From Trypanosoma brucei (taxonomy: Eukaryota), in assembly GCA_000002445.1 (NCBI GenBank), contig CM000208.1, positions 256,001-320,000 on the forward strand: a stretch of DNA of 64,000 nucleotides, given 5' to 3'. Both the position numbers and the translations under genes were made by a program. The notes below the pieces were generated by a model. It was not told the origin of the DNA. It worked only from the letters and a program-made list of their open reading frames with translations, and made no database searches. Position 1 is the stretch's first letter. Each line of letters starts with the position of its first letter. Below are positions 1-8,600 of this stretch, in pieces.

Positions 1-744
1 GCTTTCCACACCTGCATTACCCCACCACACTTCACCTACAAGAAAAAATAATTTTTTTCATGGCCTTTCTTTTTTTTTTTCTCTTTCTCTCTCTCTTTTA
101 TTCTTCGCACCTTCATTATGTCGTAGTTCGTCATTTGTAGCAGCTTCCTTGTAGAGTGGTGAGGTGACTGGCGAAGGGCAAATTCACTTATGCTATTTAC
201 ATATTCCACAACTGATGCCTGGGAATTATATTGCATCAGCTGAACGCAAGTAACTGGAGCGGTGTCATGCGCAGTGGGGGAACTTAACAAAGCGCGATCA
301 GATACGAATGGTTGGTATGGGCGTCAAATCAACGAAGGGAGAGACCAAATGGGGAAAGGTCAACTCACATTGGCTACATGAATTCTTGTGTTAACCAGGT
401 GTTAAAACGGCAGCTCCTAAGTTTACTCGAACTAGGCGTAGGGATGCGATTTTCGCGCACCAACTTGACGGTGATATCCCCCGCTGTGTTTTGTGTCGGC
501 AATTTTTTGACTTCCACTTATTGTTGGTGTTGCCCCATCACGGTGGATCACACTTGACACTTTTACTCACCTGCAGTCGCGCAATTGAATAATAACAATA
601 GCGATAACTGATGAGCAGTTTTTTGATCCCTTGCTCTTTTTTATTGGCTACCGCCTAGTTATAAACCCACATTTGGGGTTGGGAAAAGGGAGGAAAGAAA
701 CGAAGCAGTTAACTCAATCGCGAAGCCGATACACACATTTGTAA

Positions 745-1389
745 GTGTCAGGAGGAGGTGGCATGACATTAGGGCCCACAACCAGAGTAACTGTCAATGT
801 TACGGGTACAGTAACTGTGCCGCTGCATCTCAACGCGCTTGAAAGCCTCGATGACGCCCCCCTTCAAGAGGAAATCATGAGGGAGGCGGTTCGGCTCTCA
901 CTGGCGGAGCAACTGGGTGGATTCGACAACTTCACGGTTACTTCTGCACGCAAGGGTGGTAATCATGTCTGCGAGGCGCGACTGGATGTGGGCGACCTCT
1001 GCTCAATCATTGCTGACGTGAAGAACGCTTATGAGCATGGAGAGCGACGGCTTCGAGAACTGCAACAACTGATCACTGCGATTCGTGAACAGTTGAAAGA
1101 AAGCGGAAGAGAAGGCGGGAGCGAAGACGAGGACATCACCGTCCCCGGCATAGTAAAGGTCGTGAGTGACATGGTGGAAGATGCATTACGAGGACCCGGT
1201 GAGTCTTCGCTTTCAGCGGCCATCCGCGAGGTTTCGAATGATAAGAGTTGGTTGGAGGAGGTGCCTGTTGGAGATCGTAGCGGCGGGGCGGCGAGCAAAT
1301 CTGATGAGGACAGCCCAAGTGGAGTCGGTTACACGCGCTTGCCTGACAGCGGTGAAGACAGCAATGGGAGTGAAAGACAACTGGAGTGA
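745..1389 (+). CDS. Hypothetical acidic/Ser-rich protein with one ubiquitin-interacting-motif-like segment (QEEIMREAVRLSLAEQ)
   Basis: Uninterrupted 214-aa ORF with coding-like composition. The sequence eeIMREAVRLSLAE fits the UIM pattern (acidic run, phi-x-x-A-phi-x-x-S-x-x-acidic). A pyrimidine-rich tract lies upstream (about 560-700). Confidence 0.5.
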   Translation: MSGGGGMTLGPTTRVTVNVTGTVTVPLHLNALESLDDAPLQEEIMREAVRLSLAEQLGGFDNFTVTSARKGGNHVCEARLDVGDLCSIIADVKNAYEHGERRLRELQQLITAIREQLKESGREGGSEDEDITVPGIVKVVSDMVEDALRGPGESSLSAAIREVSNDKSWLEEVPVGDRSGGAASKSDEDSPSGVGYTRLPDSGEDSNGSERQLE

Positions 1390-1637
1390 CTGTGGGGACT
1401 CCAAGCTACACTGCTCTTGATTCTTGTTGTCGTTATTTCTTTTTCTTCTTTTCGAACCAGGGTCACCGTTGCGCTGGTCTAATCTCGGCATGAGAGTTTT
1501 CATGAAACTAGCTCATGTTTTCCCCCTCCTTCCTGTGATGTCCATATTATCATTGAAGAGGGTTGTGAAGCCCCATCACACGCTCTTAATACATAAACAG
1601 AACTAATTGCTTTGGTGTGAGCCGTGGTATCCATTAA

Positions 1638-3065
1638 GTGGAAGTTAACGCAGACGACATGCTGCGTGGCGTGACAGCACTTTTGGAAGCTATTGACGAA
1701 CGTGCAGAGCAACACGCCCGTCAGGCAGTAGAAAGGAACGTCGAGATCAATGTGTCATCCTGTTCTACGGAAGGCCACGACCCTGCACAACAGGGAATGT
1801 TGAGATGCAACGTTCCTGATGGTTCAGTTGCGATTGACCCCGCCGGGTCTGGTGTTGTCTATCTTCCAACATTCCCGGAGCCACCCTTCCCACTCCATGG
1901 GTTTGCGGCGCCTCCCCATCATGATGACGCCGTCGCCCCTTCCCTTAACACGTGGAGTCACATAGAGGGCAATGGAATTGCAACAACAGCATCTGCACTC
2001 GCGGCCGTGGGCAGGGATTCCAGTTCGCCTCTTACGGGGCAGAAGGAAAAGCAAATTGAGGCGCTAACTCAAATGGTTCAGCGGTACCAGGCAGCGGCAG
2101 AAGTTGCAAAGCAAGAATTGCTGCAACAGTCTCTGAGAGTGTGCAAACTAGAGGAAGCACTGCAAGACACAAAAACGGAATTGGAGGAACACAAGGTAAA
2201 GTCGCGTTTGTTGTTGGAAGAGCGCCAGCGTCAGTGCGAGGAGCTTCACGCACTTCTCGAGCGCAGGAAAGAAAGTGTCCCATTTTACCATAGTGATGAT
2301 ATCCCGGGGCAAGCGGAAAGTCACGTCGAAGGGGTGGAGGGTGTCAAAACCGAGGAGGGAGATGTGGGAGATTTGAGAAACAGCGTTACTTCCTTACAGC
2401 GGCAGCGTGAGTGGCTTGAAGCGCAAGTGGCGGCGGGGAGGCGTGAGACGACAGAGTTTCGTCAACGGCACAGCGCAGTATTGCAAGATCTGGAGTTCCT
2501 CAAAGCAGACCTAAAGGGGGTGCAAGAGGCTTTGGACAGCGAAGTAGCGGCACATAATCATAGCAAAGCGCTTTTGCAGAGCCGACAACGTGAGCTAAAT
2601 GAGTTGCGAGCAGCTGTGGAAAGAAATGGAGGGACTTTCACCGCCTCTGGGGCCCTTGTTGCTTTACGTCCCGATGGAAGGAAAGAAGGTGATGTGCTGC
2701 TTTCCCGCCAATTGTTGGAAAAACATAAGGCGATGGAAACGGCGCTGCGTGACGCCGCAGAATGGCGTCGACGATGTGAAAGGATGACGAATAGGCTTGA
2801 AGAAGAGCGCACAGCACGTGTATCCATAGAGGCGCCCTATCCGATGGGTGAAGTGGGCGAGCCGCATAGTGTCACATTTTTCGGTGAAGAGTACAACGGT
2901 GTTGTTGGCCAATTCATAGGGAAATGTGGTCATGTTCTCGATTCAACGGCACTCCACGCCGCAAGACTGCTGCGTCGGTCGTCACCACTTCGGATCTTTA
3001 CAATGGTGTACATTGTTTGTCTTCACGTACTGATTGTTGTGGTTCCGTTAATGCTGTCCAGTTAG
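1638..3065 (+). CDS. Coiled-coil protein with a C-terminal hydrophobic tail, possibly tail-anchored
   Basis: 475-aa ORF with long heptad-like E/Q/L/R-rich stretches from about residue 130 to 400. The last 25 residues (FTMVYIVCLHVLIVVVPLMLSS) form one hydrophobic segment at the extreme C-terminus. Confidence 0.55.
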   Translation: MEVNADDMLRGVTALLEAIDERAEQHARQAVERNVEINVSSCSTEGHDPAQQGMLRCNVPDGSVAIDPAGSGVVYLPTFPEPPFPLHGFAAPPHHDDAVAPSLNTWSHIEGNGIATTASALAAVGRDSSSPLTGQKEKQIEALTQMVQRYQAAAEVAKQELLQQSLRVCKLEEALQDTKTELEEHKVKSRLLLEERQRQCEELHALLERRKESVPFYHSDDIPGQAESHVEGVEGVKTEEGDVGDLRNSVTSLQRQREWLEAQVAAGRRETTEFRQRHSAVLQDLEFLKADLKGVQEALDSEVAAHNHSKALLQSRQRELNELRAAVERNGGTFTASGALVALRPDGRKEGDVLLSRQLLEKHKAMETALRDAAEWRRRCERMTNRLEEERTARVSIEAPYPMGEVGEPHSVTFFGEEYNGVVGQFIGKCGHVLDSTALHAARLLRRSSPLRIFTMVYIVCLHVLIVVVPLMLSS

Positions 3066-3435
3066 GTGGTTGACTGATGAGTGATGAGGTGGCTTTGTGC
3101 GCATACAGTTTAACGGCAACACGCGGAGTGTGCAGGCGAAGTTGCATTCCGTGGTGTTCACTCCTTCGCAATGCTTGCCGCAAAAAGCAGCGGCCTGATA
3201 CTACCTTTCGGTCCCTTATTGGTTTCACTCCCTGTTCGTTTCCCTGTTGAAATGATTGTTGGTGTTCCTTGACTGAGTTGCTCTTCCTCCCCCTAGCGGA
3301 TCAATTCATTTTTTTTCTCGAAACCCACATGTTTTTCTTAACCACGATGTGGAATCACTGCTGCAGTTCCAACAGGAGGAACAATAGAGGTAAAGAAAGT
3401 GGTAGATATAAAGACGAGTAAAAGCAACCAGCACG

Positions 3436-5265
3436 ATGGAGTTAATTGATCCCGTAGTCCCCTATGGTGACCGAGAGGTGCAAGAGGCTTTGCGACTGCT
3501 CGAGGAGCCCATCATCGTATTTGGTGAAACAATGTCAGAGCGTCGGCAACGTCTACGCAAGCACATGGTGGAAAAGGGATACGGAAGCTTGGATGCAGTC
3601 CGCGGGATACAACATTATTCAGGCTTCACTGCTGCAGCTGCGGCAACTCCGCGTGTTGGCAGAATGATTTCTGGTGCGGTTGAAGCAGGGGGAAAACTTT
3701 CCGATGCGCCATCAGAACTCGTCAAGAAGCGTGTGGCCCTACTTCCTGTTACGCTGGAGCGGGCGGAACGGCGGATCGCAAAACTAAAGGAGGCGTTTGT
3801 TGCACCCACTGCCGTTCGTGCCGCGCACCACTCGATGGTTGATCGGCTGCGCGGCCTCCGCTTAACGAAGTCAGTTCGCAACGTGAAAGTTGTTAGACAA
3901 CGTGATGGGCCGTCGACATCTGAATCTGCGTCTATTTCAGAATTCTTTTGCATGCCCTTCACCTGCTGCGCGGCAGTCCCAGCGTTGGATCATATCGCGG
4001 TAACTGGTGCCGTGAACGGTGTCGTAACGATGTGGAGTGCTTCAACTTGTCGTGCTCTTGGAAGTGGATCCACGTGTGAGACTGGCTGGGGGCCAGTGCG
4101 GCATCTTGCGGCGCATCCCATTCAGCCACTCTTTTTTAGCACAACAATGTTCGACTCGCGCATCGCAATGTGGCGCATTTCCACGCAACCCCTGGACGAT
4201 ACGAGTAACGCAGGTGAAAGTGGCTCCAGCGTGGCCGGTGCTAATGGTGGAACAGGTGCAGTTGCAGACACCAACTTGTTCCTCAAGCGAGTGGCGCTAA
4301 GTAGCTCGAAACATACAGCAGGTATTAACCGAATCGCAGTGGACCCCACTGGTGTTTGGCTTGCTTCTGCAAGTGATGACACCACTGTGCGCTTGTGGGA
4401 CATCAATAACGACACCCCACTTCTTCCGCTGGTTTCTCACAACGGATATGAAGATGTGTGTGGTATCCTTGATGTGCGGTTTCATCCAGACTCATCACTT
4501 TTAGCTACAGCTGACAAAGCAGGGCGCGTAGTTGCGTGGGATCTAAGGAGCGGGGCGGTCTCCTTCACCGCGGCTGGGAAACACGGCGGTCATTTGCAAG
4601 CCTGTACATGTCTTTCATGGTCGCTGTGCGGTTTTCGGTTCGCTACGGGTGGTGCCGACAACAATGTGCACGTCTGGGATGCGCGTTACCTGTGTCGCGG
4701 AGCGGCCGGAGCCCCATGCATACTGGCGGGTCACGACGACGTCGTCACATCCGTGGAGTTCTGCAGAAACCCCAGCTTCCCAGCCGTTCCAGCCGCACTC
4801 GTTTCCACATCTCTCGACGGAACGGTAAGATTATGGGATATGAATGCCACGGGTGCAAGTGTGCAGGTGTTGCGAGGGCCTTCTCCCGTTCGTGGACAGT
4901 GTTGGCCCGCAGAAGGGGGGCAAACGGGGGAAACGTTGTTTACCGTAGCCCATAGTAAGTACTGGTCGTTGTGGAGTTGTGTTGCGGATGGGGAGAGTTG
5001 CGAAGTCACTCGCAGAGAGACAGAGGACACTGTTGTCTCGGAGGTGGTGACACTGTTAAGGGACGACGTCGTGACGAGTGGCTTCAGAGAAGAGGAAGGC
5101 GATGGGGATGACGAAGAGGAAGAGGAAGACGAGATGATGGCATTGCGAAAACATAATAAGACAGCCACTGGGGAAAGTTGTTTGGCCCCCAACAATGGTG
5201 ATGAATGTGCCCACGAAAGCACCGATGATGATGAGGATGAAATGCAACTACTGAAGAGAAAGTAA
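3436..5265 (+). CDS. PRP4: U4/U6 snRNP PRP4-like WD40-repeat splicing factor
   Basis: The N-terminal motif EPIIVFGETMSERRQRLRKH resembles the PRP4/SFM signature (EP..LFGE....RR.RL). Multiple WD40 blades follow, ending in VRLWD, VVAWD, VHVWD and VRLWD. The C-terminus carries an acidic D/E tail. Confidence 0.75.
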   Translation: MELIDPVVPYGDREVQEALRLLEEPIIVFGETMSERRQRLRKHMVEKGYGSLDAVRGIQHYSGFTAAAAATPRVGRMISGAVEAGGKLSDAPSELVKKRVALLPVTLERAERRIAKLKEAFVAPTAVRAAHHSMVDRLRGLRLTKSVRNVKVVRQRDGPSTSESASISEFFCMPFTCCAAVPALDHIAVTGAVNGVVTMWSASTCRALGSGSTCETGWGPVRHLAAHPIQPLFFSTTMFDSRIAMWRISTQPLDDTSNAGESGSSVAGANGGTGAVADTNLFLKRVALSSSKHTAGINRIAVDPTGVWLASASDDTTVRLWDINNDTPLLPLVSHNGYEDVCGILDVRFHPDSSLLATADKAGRVVAWDLRSGAVSFTAAGKHGGHLQACTCLSWSLCGFRFATGGADNNVHVWDARYLCRGAAGAPCILAGHDDVVTSVEFCRNPSFPAVPAALVSTSLDGTVRLWDMNATGASVQVLRGPSPVRGQCWPAEGGQTGETLFTVAHSKYWSLWSCVADGESCEVTRRETEDTVVSEVVTLLRDDVVTSGFREEEGDGDDEEEEEDEMMALRKHNKTATGESCLAPNNGDECAHESTDDDEDEMQLLKRK

Positions 5266-5661
5266 CTCTTGGGATTGTTACTTCAGGTTGCAACATTCAT
5301 CAGTCTTCATTCTCCCGAGTTTTGGTATCTGGCGCCAACAAAGGGAAACGCAGTGGCCGCAGGACTCCATGGACTTCTAGTCGCTAGCTTCAACTCAAAT
5401 GCGACACACTGGGGGGGGGGTTGTTTTGTGCTCGTGTAATCCCTTCAACGTGTACTTTTGTTTGTGGTTTTCCGACCTTCTATTTGGCTGATAGCATGGA
5501 CCCTTGTCCGTTTTATTCTCTTGTTTACTCGCTCGCCACATTTTTTTTCCTTTTAATGAAAACCGTAGCATTAACCGTAGCACGACAAAGTGGACGGGGG
5601 AAAAGAAGGAAAGGGGGAAGGCAAATCAGGAAGGGAGTTGATAAAAGGCCCGCAACTTTAA

Positions 5662-8600
5662 ATGCCACGTGGAGGAGTCCGTTCTGATTCACACGTGGCG
5701 GCAGAAAAACCGCCGCGTTTACCTAATGCCGACTATTTCATTGACTCCATCAACCCTGATGATCCATCATCTATAGTTGCAGCTATGCGCTTCCTCATTG
5801 AAATGTCTGCCAACCTTTCGGATCACGGAAACCAAGCAGAAAGCATTAAATGTGCAGAGTCTGTTCTCTTACTGAGACGCGCACATGAGAATGCAGTAGC
5901 ACCACTCATTGGACCGCTCGTTGAAGAGGGGTTGTTACCTCTTTGCAGTGTAGATCACGCCGCAGACATTGTTCTCCGGTGCAACAGCAATGCTGTGAGC
6001 GCCTTTAACCAACGGTGCTTCGACATGGCTGAACTGTTTCTAGGTAAGGCGCTCTTCTTAACTGATAGTCGCACTACCGAGGAGCTGAATTACTTCCCTT
6101 CTGCGGAAGCACGCCGCCTGCGCCTACGTGCCGCCACACTGAACAACCTTGGTTGTATGGAAAAACGCCGTGGAAGATTGGAGGAATCGCTCCGGTATTT
6201 GCGGCAGGCCGTGGATATGGAAGTGGCACTCGACAGGACAACTGGTGGATCACCGTCAACATACCTCAACATGTGCACCGTACTCAACGAACTCCAACGG
6301 CATGACGAGGCGGTTATTGCGGTTGAAAACGCCCTTTCTGCTATGAACGAGCAGATGCTTCGGCAGCAACACAAGCAGCAACTACCAACATGTGCTATGA
6401 TGCTCGTGGTGGGGTTATATAACCTGGGAGTTTCGCTTGAGCTACGTAACCGCAGCGGTGATGTCGAGAGGGCAAAGAATGTATATCAGCAGGCATTGGA
6501 GGCCAGCCGCAAGTATTTTGTTGATCCGGCATGCCCAACAGTAGAAATGGCAATGATGGCAATCCAGCGAATGCACGCAGACCCGGTGTTCAGGGAGGAG
6601 CGACTTGAGAAGGAAAAGAAGGAGCGTGGTAAGACGGCAAAGGGACCACTACCACCTATATCAAAAGCAGCATCCGCGGATCATTTTTCGTCGGCAACAG
6701 AACCGCCGCCGCAACAACAACAAGCTGCACAAGAAACCGCTACGTCAGTTATGTCTGTTATACCAAGCACTCCAACACGCATCTCGTCGGCGTCGAAGGC
6801 GTCGATATTAACCCCGCCCCTTTCTTCGGCCACTCGACCGCAGATGCCCAGAAATATGCTACCGGACCACGAATCGACCAACCGGAAGGGGCCCCCTGAG
6901 CGGTCTGTTGCGCCCGATATGCAGAGGGAGCCCCAAGGAGGGAGTGAAGAAGAGTCCCCGGGACCGCAGGATCCACAATGGTCATCAACGCCAGGTGGAA
7001 GACCGTCGTTTCCACGGACTCAGGCGTCAGCCTGTTCTCCACCATCGCCACAATTCACGCTTTATCGACCGGAAACACGTCTGGAGGCATCTGTTCAAGA
7101 GGAACAACCACCACCTGTAATCGAGATTGAGCCGGAGTCCACCCAACTGTCAGCGCCCGTACCATTACAACTGCTGCCCCAACAGCGGCAAAGCGAGGAA
7201 GCGTGCTTAAACCCTCTTGAGGATGCAAAAGCAGCCCCATGCAGTGAGTCTAGTTCTGCCAAGTCTGCAGCTGCGTTGGTGGCGAAGCCAGGGGTGCCGG
7301 GTCTTATGAAAGTGAACACGCAGGTAACTGAGTGGCGATCCGGGGTAGTCCGCGGTCAGTCGCCGAAGTCTTTGTCCGACGAATTGCGTGCGCAAACGGT
7401 ACCGGAAGTCACGAAGAAGGCCCCCAGCATGGGTTGGTCGGGCTCTTCCCTATTTAGTCGCTTGGAGAGCATGTCGGTTAAGAGCGGTCCCTCTTCGCAG
7501 GATCCTTTCGTGTGCTCAACAACAGCTAAACAAGCTGCCTCAGGACCACTGGGGGCCACAAAGCGGTCGGGCATTAGGCCACTGGTGCTTTCCCCTATTA
7601 GGTCCCAGTCGCTAAAATCGGGAAGCACAGCCAGTGCCGGGGTGTCGGACGGGCAACATCGCATTGCTCTCTCCTCTGTGTTCGAGTCAAAGGATGCGAG
7701 GAAGCTAAGTAAAGGATCTAGTTCCTCTCGGTTAGATACGATGAGTCTCTTTGGTCGACGTCGCTTTGCAAGCATCACATCGCTTGCACCTAAAGACAGT
7801 TCGGAAACGGCTTCGACGAGCCGGCCTATCCTTTCCGCGCAACAGGCTGCCTCAGTGGAAAAGCATCTCATGCGCGCCCAGCTTGGACAGAAAAAGGCAG
7901 AGGAACTACGGGGAAGCCTTTCCGCAGCAGGTCGCAGCGCTGCACTTGCCAGGGCGAAGGAACGAGAGCAAAAGCGTCTAGCCAAAGAGGAGGCCAAAAA
8001 CGACGTCGCATTAGCAGGGGTGCTGTATGAGAAATTTGTTGAGGGAATGCGCACTGATGAACTTAGGCGCTGTCACCGAGCCGCTGTAGCCATTCAGCGT
8101 ATATGGCGTGGTAGCCTCGCGCGCACACTGCTGACAAGGATGGTTATTGCCTCCAAGAAGATTCAAAAAACTTTCCGCATTTACCTCGTGAAGTTACAGG
8201 CCATTAGGCTGGCGGAAAAGGTGATGGAAGAGCGGCGGCAATCCGCACGGTTGAAGAAGGAAATGGAAAATGCCATAATAATTCAGAACCGTGTGCGACA
8301 GTTCCTACGACGACTGGAAATACGGAGGTGCTACCTGGCGCGGAAGATGCGTCACCGAAATGCAGCGTGCCGCATTCAGCGTGGTTTCCGTGCCTTCCTC
8401 AGGTGGCGTGAGGAGCACCTCGCGGCTCTCATTGAGGCTCAGCGAGCTGAGGAAGAGCGAATCTATGAAATGGAGGTACGCGCTGCGCGGCGTATTCAGG
8501 TGGCTTATAGGTGCTACCTGAAGCGAAAAATGGAGTTCCTCTTCGAACAGGAGCAAGAGCGCCGCAAACATGCCGCAGAGGTCATTCAAGCTCGGATGCG

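Noticed and set aside
36-557. ORFs 36-290 (minus) and 312-557 (plus) at the left edge as genes
   Set aside because: The region is dominated by T-runs and (CT)n at 61-100 and looks like spacer or UTR of a gene outside the window. The peptides are short, with K-runs read from poly-A/T sequence, and are not convincing.
1029-1503. Several 60-96 aa ORFs antisense to or overlapping the 745-1389 gene, with similar shadow ORFs inside every long gene (for example 6090-6374, 7356-8054, 23020-23259 and 29278-29760)
   Set aside because: They lie inside, and mostly antisense to, long ORFs with clear protein signatures. Their composition is low-complexity (Ser/Arg/Pro-rich), typical of out-of-frame translation of GC-balanced coding DNA. 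Trypanosomatid genes do not overlap this way.
3061-3200. A C/D box snoRNA candidate (ctgatgagtgatgagg at 3070-3085, with a ctga about 120 nt downstream)
   Set aside because: The spacing between the C-like and D-like boxes is too long. There is no terminal stem and no recognisable rRNA antisense element. A tgatga string next to the stop codon of the upstream gene is likely coincidental.
4536-4955. A 139-aa plus-strand ORF in an alternative frame inside the PRP4-like gene
   Set aside because: It is fully contained in the WD40 coding region in another frame, is Arg/Gly-rich like a frame artefact, and has no independent signals.
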